Shown here in pieces: positions 43,742 to 52,903 of a stretch of DNA of 64,000 nucleotides. Both the position numbers and the translations under genes were made by a program. Position 1 is the stretch's first letter, and every line of letters begins with the position of its first letter. The notes under the pieces were generated by a model. It saw nothing but the letters and a program-made list of their open reading frames with translations. It ran no database searches and had not been told where the DNA came from. Source of the DNA: an uncultured Planctomycetaceae bacterium (GTDB taxonomy: Bacteria > Planctomycetota > Planctomycetia > Isosphaerales > Isosphaeraceae); NCBI GenBank assembly GCA_963833985.1, contig CAWIAD010000002.1, forward strand, positions 4,928,001 to 4,992,000. The letters are read 5' to 3'.

Positions 43742-45304
43742 ATGCAAGTCTTCACCTGGACCGTCGGCATTTGCTTGCTGGCTCAGATTCCTCCCCCGGA
43801 TACAGGTCCGGGTGTCGCGGTCACGCTGAAGCACGCCCAGCGCGTCATCGAGGAGCGAGAAGCCAGTTCCCTGCGGAAGCTTGCGGATTCTCTGACCGGG
43901 AAAGACGCGGCCCAGGCACGCCTGGAGATCCAGCGACTGCTGCCGAGACCGCGGCAGGAAAACGGGCCCGACCGGATCATGCCCTTGCCTGAGGTGGTGG
44001 CCCGTACTTCCCGAAGCGGGCTGGCCAGTGTCTCTCCCAGGACGGGTAATCCCGCCGCAAGAGGCTCGGGAGATGCCTGGCGCGCGGAACTGGAGCGGAT
44101 CCGATCCAGGGCCGCGTCCGAGCTGTTCGAGGTGGCCAACCGAGCCGCCACAAGCCGACCGCCCGAATATGCCCGGGCCGCGTTCTGCCTCCGCGCGGTG
44201 CTGGACCGGCAGCCGGATCATGCCGCCGCGCGCAGGCTGCTGGGCTATATCCCCCACGATGGCGGCTGGGCGCGGCCGTTCGCCGCCCGCCAGCTCAAGG
44301 AAGGCAACGTGAATCACCTCGTTTTCGGCTGGGTGCCGAAAGACTGGGGCGAGCATCTGGACCGGGGCGAGCTGCCGTACATGACCGCCCGTGGTCAGAA
44401 GCCGCGCTGGCTGCCCGCGGAGGAGGCCGACCGGCTCCGCGCGAACTGGAAGAACCCCTGGCAGATCTCCACGGAGCACTTCGAGATCCAGACCGATGTT
44501 CCGCTCAGCGAAGGGATCGAGTTCGCCCGCAGGCTGGAGGCCTTCTACGACGTGTTCTTCACGCAGCTTGCCGACCTCGTGGGCGAGAACCTGCCCCTGG
44601 CCCGCCGCTTCCGCTCACCCACGACGAGCGCTGAGGCGACCTACCGTCCGCATCGAGTGCTCTATTTTGGGACGAGGGACGAATACCTGGAGCATCTCCA
44701 GCCCCTGACGACGGACGACATCACGGAAAGCCTGGGGTACTACTCGCCGGCGAAAGCGGGCAAGGGAAACCGGGCGGCCACCTACTTCTTCCGCGACGCC
44801 GGCGGCCAGCTCCCGGTCACCGCAACGCTCTACCATGAAGTCTCGCACCAGCTTCTGTTCGAGACGGCCGGCCCCAACGCCTTCACCAGGAACTACAGCG
44901 GCTACTGGGTCTTCGAGGGGCTGGGAACCTACTTCGAAACGGCCACGCCCCAGTCCGACGGCTCTCTGGAAATCGGCGGCTTCGTGGGCGAGCGGCTGGC
45001 CGCGGCCCAGCAGTCGCTCGCCGCAGGCCGTTTCTTGCCCCTGGACCCATTCCTGCGCCTTGACAAGCCTGGGTTCGAGTCCCGCGAGCGGATCCACACG
45101 AACTACCAGCAGGCCATGGCGCTCGCGGTCTTCCTGATGCAGTGGCACGACGCGGTCTACCGAGAGCCGTTCCTGGACTTCGTGCACGACGCCTACCGCG
45201 GCCGGATCAAGCGGACGACCGGGCGCTCGCTGGAAGACCGGATCGGCGAACCCGTCCCGGCCCTGGACGCACGCTTCCGCGCGTTCGTCGCCCGCGGCGG
45301 ATAA
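43742..45304 (+). CDS. DUF1570 / peptidase MA-like domain protein
   Basis: TEHFEIQT, LYHEVSHQL (HExxH), WVFEGLGTYFE and YQQAMALAVFLM. Confidence 0.8.
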   Translation: MQVFTWTVGICLLAQIPPPDTGPGVAVTLKHAQRVIEEREASSLRKLADSLTGKDAAQARLEIQRLLPRPRQENGPDRIMPLPEVVARTSRSGLASVSPRTGNPAARGSGDAWRAELERIRSRAASELFEVANRAATSRPPEYARAAFCLRAVLDRQPDHAAARRLLGYIPHDGGWARPFAARQLKEGNVNHLVFGWVPKDWGEHLDRGELPYMTARGQKPRWLPAEEADRLRANWKNPWQISTEHFEIQTDVPLSEGIEFARRLEAFYDVFFTQLADLVGENLPLARRFRSPTTSAEATYRPHRVLYFGTRDEYLEHLQPLTTDDITESLGYYSPAKAGKGNRAATYFFRDAGGQLPVTATLYHEVSHQLLFETAGPNAFTRNYSGYWVFEGLGTYFETATPQSDGSLEIGGFVGERLAAAQQSLAAGRFLPLDPFLRLDKPGFESRERIHTNYQQAMALAVFLMQWHDAVYREPFLDFVHDAYRGRIKRTTGRSLEDRIGEPVPALDARFRAFVARGG

Positions 45305-45329
45305 GGTTCGACTGCCGCGGGCTGCGCGA

Positions 45330-45572
45330 CTATTCGCCGACGTAAGGCAGGAGAGCCATGAACCGGGCGCGCTTCACCGCGGCACTCGAGGCGCGCTGAA
45401 ACGCCGCGCAGTTTCCGCTCCGCTTGCGGGAGAACATCTTGCTCTGGTTGGTGCACAGCTTCTTCAGCAGACCGATGTCCTTGTAGTCAACATAGGCAGG
45501 CCGCGGACACCCTTCACGCGTGCAGAACCGGCATCGATTCTTGCGGTTGCGACCAAACTTCTTGCGAGGCAT
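45330..45572 (-). CDS. rpsR: 30S ribosomal protein S18
   Basis: CRFC, VDYKD and AVKRARFMALLPY. Confidence 0.95.
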   Translation of the reverse strand: MPRKKFGRNRKNRCRFCTREGCPRPAYVDYKDIGLLKKLCTNQSKMFSRKRSGNCAAFQRASSAAVKRARFMALLPYVGE

Positions 45573-45971
45573 AAACCCGTTGTCCTCAAGTCATTTCCGA
45601 AACAGTCCAGTCGCGGGCGGAACCAGTTGCCGCCCTGCGGCTGGAGGAAAACCAATTCAGGGGGAATCTCACAAGATATTCTGAGCGGCGTTCCCAGTCA
45701 AGTTGTTGCAAGCGTCTCCGCTTGAAACCAGCCCTGCCGAAGACGGCCCTTCGACGTCGCCCGGCTGGAACGTAAAACCCATCCTGAAGTGACTCTTCAG
45801 CTTTCACGTTGCACTGGCCGGGGCCGCATGCCTGGGAGGCCATCACCGCGCAGGCGCAAGGCCGCCAGGTGGCACGACGCCGAAATCAGCGTCGGCAACG
45901 CCCTGACGGCCTGTTTACCCGCAAGGGAATCCGCGACCAGACTCAGCTGATGCAGGCGTCACCGGCGGCGT

Positions 45972-47030
45972 TCACTCGCCGGCACGCTTGCGATAGAACG
46001 CCAGCCAGTCCTTGCCGGTCTCGGGGGTCAGGTCGGTGAAGGCGGCGTCGATCTGGGCCTTGTCGGGCTTGCCGTCCTTCTCGCGGTCAACTCCTTCCTT
46101 GACGAACTGCTCGGTCTCGCCTTTCCAGTCGCGGGTGGCCAGACCACGCGACAGGGCCGCGTAATACCAGACCCGCGCGTCGCCCGGATGCGCCTTGGTC
46201 AGGTTGCTGAAGAATTCATTGGCCTGGTTGTAGTTCTTCTTGTGGAAGAGCTTGATACCCGCTTCCAGCGATGGCTGCACCAGAGCCTCGATATCGCCGG
46301 GCGTCTCGCTGGTACTCGTGCCCGCGGCGCGCTTTGCCTTTTCGGCCACTTCCTCGTTGCTCGGCACCTTCTCCTCGCGGTTCGCGGGTTTGTCGGCCAC
46401 CGGGGGTGGTTGCGCCGCGATGGGGGCTGGTTTCCCGATGGCCGCCGTGGGCTTCTCGGGATTGCCGCTGGAGTCGCTGTGAACGCTATTGCGCAGCGAG
46501 GCGACCTCGGTCTTCACACCTTCCACGTCGGCCGCCAGGGTGGTGATCTGGCGGCTGTCCTGGTCGACCTTCGCGGGCAACGAGTTGACCCGAGCGCTCA
46601 GGGCGTCTACCTTTCGGGACACATCTTCGAGGACGGCGATCTTCTCCTTGATCGGCTCGATGTCCTGTGGCGAAACCGCCTTCGGAAGCCGGTCCACGCG
46701 CCCTTGCAGCTCGTCAAGCTTGCCGCCAAACTCGTTCAGCCGGTCGGATGTCGCGGGGGCCGTGGCGCCAGACTTGCCCGCGTCCGCCTCGTTTTCCGCG
46801 GCGTGGTGCTTGCCGAGCATTGGCGCCAGGTATTCCACGTAAGCCCAGGCTCCCGCGGCGCCCATGAACAGCGAGAGGATGCACGACGTGAGCACGGTTC
46901 CGGCCCCTCCTCCCGGGGAGGCCGTGGGTTCGACCCGCCGGATCGTCGGCGGTTCCGTGCGGCTGGTCGGCTGCACGTTCACCTGCTCGGTTCGCTCACC
47001 CTGGAACGTTGGGTTGGGATCGCTCGTCAT
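45972..47030 (-). CDS. Membrane-anchored coiled-coil protein with C-terminal TPR
   Basis: TM (VLTSCILSLFMGAAGAWAY), coiled coil, Pro/Ala linker and a TPR-like segment (GIKLFHKKNY...PGDARVWYYAALS). Confidence 0.7.
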   Translation of the reverse strand: MTSDPNPTFQGERTEQVNVQPTSRTEPPTIRRVEPTASPGGGAGTVLTSCILSLFMGAAGAWAYVEYLAPMLGKHHAAENEADAGKSGATAPATSDRLNEFGGKLDELQGRVDRLPKAVSPQDIEPIKEKIAVLEDVSRKVDALSARVNSLPAKVDQDSRQITTLAADVEGVKTEVASLRNSVHSDSSGNPEKPTAAIGKPAPIAAQPPPVADKPANREEKVPSNEEVAEKAKRAAGTSTSETPGDIEALVQPSLEAGIKLFHKKNYNQANEFFSNLTKAHPGDARVWYYAALSRGLATRDWKGETEQFVKEGVDREKDGKPDKAQIDAAFTDLTPETGKDWLAFYRKRAGE

Positions 47031-47137
47031 CGCAGTGCCTCCAAAGAGAAAGACTCCAGTCGCGGCAACGAACCTTCGGAATGATCGTTCGCTCAAGGGA
47101 GATGTTGTGGTGAAGGCCTGGCAGTGACACGCCCGCG

Positions 47138-47860
47138 CTAGCGGTCCGGGTTCGTCTTTTCGGCACCCGTGGTCTGGTGATTCTGGGGCGGGGTGTCCGG
47201 GCCGCCGACCGGCCGCATGACTCTCACCCGGCTTGCTCGGTTTTCTTTCCCTTCGTGCTGATATTCCACGTCCACCCAGAGACCGGGCTTCAACTCCATG
47301 GGCTCGAGGGTTCGGGCCTTGCGCGCCGGCCTGTTATCACCGGCGCGGGCCTGCTCCCCGGTGGTGCTCGCCTTGCTCTGGGCGTCGGTGGCCTCCTCAG
47401 CTTTCGCGGCGCCTTGCGCGGTGGCGGCTCCCTCGCTGATCTCGTCGGTGGAGGAGCGATAGCGCATCAGGATCTCGGTCTTCGGGTCGACCTCCAGGGT
47501 GACCATGAGCTCGCCATCACGCGGATGCCCCTCGGTGGCAACCGACTTCTTCCCCTTCGACGCCGCCTTCGCCGTGCCGGTACGCGCGGCCTGGGACGCC
47601 GCGACAGCCTGGTCGCGCACGAAGTCCCGCCAGACCACGTCCGTGTTGATCGTGAGTCTCCAGGAGCCTCGTTGCGCGGGCTCTCCCTGCTGCGAGCGTT
47701 CAATCTTGACGATCACTCCCGATGTCTTCTCGTTGCGAACCGGCTTGCGCTCCTGGGCACCAGCAGGCCGCGCATCCAACGAAGCCAGTGCCATGATACC
47801 CATCGTGCTTCCGAGTATGATGAATTGCCGGGGCGTCCTGAATTCTCTGTGTGCCGCCAT
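47138..47860 (-). CDS. Secreted hypothetical protein
   Basis: AAGGAG RBS, signal peptide ending PAGAQ, and an upstream sigma-54 promoter. Confidence 0.7.
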   Translation of the reverse strand: MAAHREFRTPRQFIILGSTMGIMALASLDARPAGAQERKPVRNEKTSGVIVKIERSQQGEPAQRGSWRLTINTDVVWRDFVRDQAVAASQAARTGTAKAASKGKKSVATEGHPRDGELMVTLEVDPKTEILMRYRSSTDEISEGAATAQGAAKAEEATDAQSKASTTGEQARAGDNRPARKARTLEPMELKPGLWVDVEYQHEGKENRASRVRVMRPVGGPDTPPQNHQTTGAEKTNPDR

Positions 47861-47953
47861 CTGAGATTCTCCTTCGTCATCGCAGGCTGGACCGAGCGCG
47901 AACGCTCGGCCAGTTCCACCCGGTGCCGTGACATGGTATCGTTGCATCCACCG

Positions 47954-47969
47954 AGCAATTCCAGTGCCA
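47954..47969 (-). promoter_or_regulatory. Sigma-54 promoter
   Basis: TGGCACTGGAATTGCT, exact consensus, ~95 nt upstream of ATG 47860. Confidence 0.72.
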
Positions 47970-48095
47970 GCCACGATCGAACGGTTGTCTGTCCAGAACC
48001 GCGATTCTGCCTGCGCGGCACCGTGCTTGGCCGGATGAACATGAGAGCTCTGTGAGTCATGTCCCGGGTCTTCCACCGGTCGAGGCAAGACGCTC

Positions 48096-49099
48096 ATGAA
48101 TGTCGCCGCGCGGCTCGGTGCCGGCCTCTTTCCGACGTTCTTCGATGAGCCGGCCGTCGTGCTCATCCTGGCCCTGCTGGCGCTCGGACTGGCCGCCACT
48201 CCGCCGCTTCTGCTGGCTCTCGAGCGTGCCGGGCGGCTGTCACCCGAGCTCAAGGCGGAACTGTGGCAGCGTTATCGCGCCTGGCTCGCAACGGTTCCGG
48301 CCATCGTGGTTCCCGTGATGCTGGGACCGTTGTGGACCATTGCGGGTGCCTGCGTGCTGAGTCTCTTCTGCTTCCGCGAGTTCGCCCGCGTGACGGGTTT
48401 CTTCCGCGAGCGGCTCATGAACGTGCTGGTGGTGCTGGGCATCATCGCCATGAGTCTGGCCAGTGCGGACCGGTGGTACCGCCTCTTCGTGGCGCTGACG
48501 CCCATTCTGATCGTGCTGATCACAGCCGTTGCCACGTCGCTCGACCGGCCCAGAGGGTACATCCAGCGCGTGGGCATGGCGTGCCTGAGCTTCTTGCTCT
48601 TTGGCACCTGCATGGGGCACATCGGCTACATGGCCAACACGGCCGGGTATCGCTCATTGATCCTGCTGCTGGCCTTCAGCGTGCAGGTGAACGACGTGAT
48701 CGGCTACCTGGTGGGGAAGCTGGCCGGCGGCCCCAGGCTGCGCCCCGAACCTCTGCCAGCAGGACGATCGCTGGCTCCCTCGTGGCGACCGTGCTGACGA
48801 CTCTGCTGGTCTATGGCACAGGTGCGCTGCTCTTCCGGCAGGGACCGCTCAGCCATGGCGGTTTGCGGCTGGTGCTGGGCTTGCTGATCAGCGTCGCGGG
48901 CCAGCTCGGCGATCTCACGGTCACGGCCATCAAGCAGGACGCCGGAGTGAAGAGCACGGGTACCTGGATCCCCGGGCCGGAAGGCGTGCTCGAGCGCGCC
49001 AACAGCCTTTTGGTATCGGCCCCTGCCATGTTTCATTTCCTGAATTATTTTCAGGTGGTTTCCACCGATGATGCGCTTCGCGGCTTCGCGTCGGTGTGA
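48096..49099 (+). CDS. Phosphatidate cytidylyltransferase-like protein (YnbB/CdsA type; frameshift near 48750)
   Basis: Multi-TM; ELWQRYRAW, CFREFAR, QVNDVIGYLVGK and GQLGDL...IKQDAGVK. Confidence 0.8.
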
Positions 49100-49110
49100 G
49101 GACTGTTGTC

Positions 49111-49837
49111 ATGAAGTCCTGGAATTATGTGCCCGCGCAGGACATCGAGCTGAAACCCGTGGATCGGGCGCGTAGCCTGAAGCGGGAGCCCGGTATCTGG
49201 TCGTGGTGCGGGCACCTGGCGTGGACCGGCCTGGTGAAGTCTTACACGAGGCTGTATCACCGCCTGGAGGTGGCTGGCAGGGAGCACCTGCCGCAGTCTC
49301 CTCCGTTCGTGATGATCGCCAATCACACCAGCCACCTCGACGCCATGGTCCTGGCCTCGGCGATTCCCCTGCGCCACTGCGGGTGCGTCTTTCCTGTGGC
49401 GGCCGGCGACGTCTTCTTCGAGGATCCGGCCCGCTCGCTGTTCTCGGCCCAGTTCATCAACGCCCTGCCGATGTGGCGGAAGAACTGCGGCCCGCACGCC
49501 CTGGGAGAGCTTCGGAATCGGCTGATCCACCAGCCCTGTGCCTACATCCTCTTTCCGGAAGGCGCGGCGCAGCCGCAACGGTTCGCTCCTGCCCTTCAAG
49601 GCAGGCCTCGGCATGATCATCGCCGGCACTCCCGTCCCCGTAATCCCGTGTGCCATCGCCGGAGCGGGCCGGGCCTGGCCCGCGGATTCGTGGTGGCCGC
49701 GCCCGCGTAAGGTGCGGCTGACGATCGGCCCGCCTCTGAACTTCGAATCGCAGCCCAACAACCGGGCAGGGTGGGAGCAGATCGCACGCGACATGGAAGA
49801 GGCGGTGCGAAGCCTGACGCAAGGGCCTGCCCAGTGA
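49111..49837 (+). CDS. Lysophospholipid acyltransferase (PlsC family; frameshift near 49565)
   Basis: ANHTSHLD and ILFPEG, then FKAGLG...VPVIP in the next frame. Confidence 0.88.
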
Positions 49838-50001
49838 GTGAGGGGCAAGCACCTGTCTCCACACCGGGAGGCCGCAGCCGTACCGGTCCTTGTCCGTCCG
49901 CAACAGGAAAGGTTGGAGCGGAGGGCTCATTCTGCGAAGATGCGATGGCTGCCGGATTCTCCAGGGGGGGCCCTGTCGAGGGGAGCAGATCGGGGACAAT
50001 C

Positions 50002-51741
50002 ATGAGCCTGCGCCGCGGTGTGACAACATTACTTCTCGGGTGCTCGATGGGACTGCTGTTCTCGCCGATCGCGCGGGCCGATGATCGGTTCGCGAGGCAC
50101 GTCGTCGCGGCTCAGGAAAGCCATGCGGCACAGGTCGGCCGCGACATCCTGCGGCGCGGAGGTAACGCGATGGACGCGGCCATCGCCACGGCATTCGCCC
50201 TGGCCGTCACCGTGCCGGAGGCCGGCAACCTGGGAGGCGGCGGGTTCATCGTCGCCCATTTGGCCGATCGCCACGAGGTTGTGACCGTCGATTTCCGGGA
50301 GACCGCGCCCCATTCGGCCACGCCTCGCATGTACCTGGACGACTCGGGCAAGCCGCGGCCGCATCACCGCGCGGGGGCATGGGCCGCGGGCGTGCCCGGA
50401 ACCGTGCGCGGGCTTGGACTGGCGCATGCGCGCTGGGGCAAGCTCTCCTGGGCCGAGCTCGTGTCGCCGGCCGCACGGCTGGCACGAGAGGGCTTCCCCA
50501 TCTCGCCGGACCTCGCCGGCTCGCTCAACAGCCAGCTCCGCGCGTTGAAAGAGCCAGACAGCCAGCGTCCGCACCAGCGCGACCGGCTGGCCGACTTCGC
50601 TTCGTCGGTCGCGGCCTTCGGCCGGGCGGATCATGCCACCTGGAACTGCGGGGACCGCCTGGTCCAGCCTGATCTGGCCGCGACTCTCGACCGCATCGCA
50701 CTCAACGGCCCCGACGAGTTCTATGCCGGCAAGACGGCTCGCCTCGTCGTCCAGTACATGAAAGCGAACGACGGACGGATCACGGCCGAGGATCTCTCGG
50801 GCTACCAGGCAAGGATCCGCCCACCAGTGCATACGACGTTCCGCGGCTCGGACGTCTGGAGCATGGGACCTCCCTCCTCGGGCGGCATCGTGCTCTGCCA
50901 GATTCTCAACATCCTCGAGCGCTTCGACCTGAAGGCCGACGGCGCCCATTCCACGCGGACCGTTCACCGCGTCACCGAGGCCATGCGGAGGGCGTTCTGT
51001 ACCCGGGCCATGCAACTGGGCGACGCCGATTTCGTGACCGTGCCAGTGAGCGATTTGCTCTCCAGGCCGGCGGCCGATGCGCTGGCACGCACGATCAGCG
51101 CACGCGCCACCCCCAGCGCGTCGCTGGCCCCGCTGACCATCCTGCCGCCGGAATCCGACCATACGACCCATCTCTCCACGCTGGACGCCGCCGGCAACGC
51201 GGTCGCGCTCACCTACACCCTGGAGGACAGCTACGGGGCGAAGGCCGTCGTCGCCGGTGCGGGTTTCTTGCTGAACAACGAGATGGGAGACTTCAACCTG
51301 GTTCCCGGACGCACCGACAGCGCGGGGCGGATTGGCACGCCTGCGAACCTCATCGCCCCCGGTAAGCGGATGCTCAGTTCGATGACGCCCACCATCGTCA
51401 CCCGGAACGGCAAGGTCCATGTGGTGACGGGCTCGCCGGGCGGCCGAACCATACCCAACACCACGCTCTGGGTGGTGCTGGGCGTGCTGGAGTTCGGCCT
51501 CGAGCCGCGCGCCGCGGTGGACGCACCGCGCACGCACCACCAGTGGTTCCCGGACGTCCTGCTTCTGGAAGGGCCCTCCTGGACCGATGCGGATCGCGCC
51601 GGGCTGGCGGCCCTGGGACATCGTGTGCAATCCGTCGCACACCTGGGAATTGCAAACTCCATCATGGTCGATCCGGCCACCGGCCAGATCCACGGGATTG
51701 CCGACCATCGCCGCCCCACCTCGCAAGCCGCGGGCGATTGA
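50002..51741 (+). CDS. ggt: Gamma-glutamyltransferase
   Basis: GGNAMDAAIA, GGGGF, DFRETAP, GVPGTV, catalytic TTHLS, LNNEMGDF, MLSSMTP and GSPGG. Confidence 0.95.
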   Translation: MSLRRGVTTLLLGCSMGLLFSPIARADDRFARHVVAAQESHAAQVGRDILRRGGNAMDAAIATAFALAVTVPEAGNLGGGGFIVAHLADRHEVVTVDFRETAPHSATPRMYLDDSGKPRPHHRAGAWAAGVPGTVRGLGLAHARWGKLSWAELVSPAARLAREGFPISPDLAGSLNSQLRALKEPDSQRPHQRDRLADFASSVAAFGRADHATWNCGDRLVQPDLAATLDRIALNGPDEFYAGKTARLVVQYMKANDGRITAEDLSGYQARIRPPVHTTFRGSDVWSMGPPSSGGIVLCQILNILERFDLKADGAHSTRTVHRVTEAMRRAFCTRAMQLGDADFVTVPVSDLLSRPAADALARTISARATPSASLAPLTILPPESDHTTHLSTLDAAGNAVALTYTLEDSYGAKAVVAGAGFLLNNEMGDFNLVPGRTDSAGRIGTPANLIAPGKRMLSSMTPTIVTRNGKVHVVTGSPGGRTIPNTTLWVVLGVLEFGLEPRAAVDAPRTHHQWFPDVLLLEGPSWTDADRAGLAALGHRVQSVAHLGIANSIMVDPATGQIHGIADHRRPTSQAAGD

Positions 51742-51917
51742 GCCCGCCCGGGTGGCCAGTGACCCTTCCCATCCGATCGGCGGTCCATCGAGCGTGGAAT
51801 TCGAGCCACTCGCCGTGGCGTCCGGGAGACAAGTTCGGCCCATCGGGCCACAAAAGGCGTTCGTGACCCGTATCTCTGGCGAGCAGACGGAAACACCCCA
51901 TGCCGGAGCCGAGCTTC

Positions 51918-52133
51918 ATGACGCGAGCGCATCAACCTTATTCATCGAGTCCAGTTGTGTTGCTGCGAATCAGCGATGGTTCGGCTCTGATCCATCGCGC
52001 GTTCAGCGATTTCGGGCAGGCGGTCCACTCGGCCGAGGAGTACGCCATGGCCGGCTGCTGGGTGGTCATGATCTCCGCGACCGGACGATTTCTCATGCAT
52101 TTCGCGCCTGCCTGGCAGAAAATTGCCGTCTGA
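51918..52133 (+). CDS. Small hypothetical protein
   Basis: ~71 aa with protein-like composition in an otherwise empty gap. Confidence 0.45.
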   Translation: MTRAHQPYSSSPVVLLRISDGSALIHRAFSDFGQAVHSAEEYAMAGCWVVMISATGRFLMHFAPAWQKIAV

Positions 52134-52373
52134 CCGCGTGGATGACTCTGCGGGAAATCCCGGAAAAAACGGGGCAAAACCTGGCTCAAAGCTCGAAAAT
52201 CCAGGAATTTCTCAGAAAATTGAGCCTTTTCCCCGAATTTCTCTGGATGTTTTCGGCATAATCGTCGAAAACGAACGCCAGGAGCCTCGGTGATCACCCC
52301 TCAACGGAGAGGGAACGACCGCTCGCTCGCCCCAAGATACGGCAGAGATCCAAGACAGGAGGGAGAACCGTCC

Positions 52374-52745
52374 ATGGCCAAGAAAGCCGCACCCAAAGCC
52401 GCTGAGCCGAAAGCGCCAGCAGCCAGTGCCGACAAGGCGGCCACGAAGCCCGCGACCAAGACCGAGTTCTACGCCACCCTGGCGGAGAAGACGGGCTTGA
52501 GCAAGAAGCAGGTTGCCTCGGTGTTCGAGGCCTTCCATGAGTTGCATGGCAAGGAACTGGGCAAGAAGGGCCCCGGAATTCTCACGGTTCCCGGCCTGTA
52601 CAAGATCAAGGTGGTGCACAAGCCGGCCACCAAGGCGCGCCCGGGCTTCAACCCGGCCACCAAGCAGCCGATCACCATCAAGGCCAAGCCGGCCCGCAAG
52701 GTCATCAAGGTCATGCCGCTGAAGGCCCTCAAGGACATGATCTGA
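52374..52745 (+). CDS. HU-family histone-like DNA-binding protein with an Ala/Lys/Pro-rich N-tail
   Basis: GGAGG RBS; TKTEFYATLAEKTGLSKKQV...ARPGFNPATKQPITIKAKPA. Confidence 0.9.
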   Translation: MAKKAAPKAAEPKAPAASADKAATKPATKTEFYATLAEKTGLSKKQVASVFEAFHELHGKELGKKGPGILTVPGLYKIKVVHKPATKARPGFNPATKQPITIKAKPARKVIKVMPLKALKDMI

Positions 52746-52903
52746 CGCCCGGGCGCTTCATTCCGCCCCGAGCCGAGCGCTAACGAACGCACCGCCAGCC
52801 CCAAACGACGTGAGGGCTGAGACGGTGCGTTTCTTTTCAGACGGCCATGAGCTGGCGGCGGCCATGAGTTTCGCGGAGTGGCCGGCCACCAGGCCCGTTG
52901 GGC

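Noticed and set aside
45330..45572. Stand-alone rpsR outside the rpsF-ssb-rplI operon
   Set aside because: Ordinary S18 sequence; operon dispersal alone is not remarkable.
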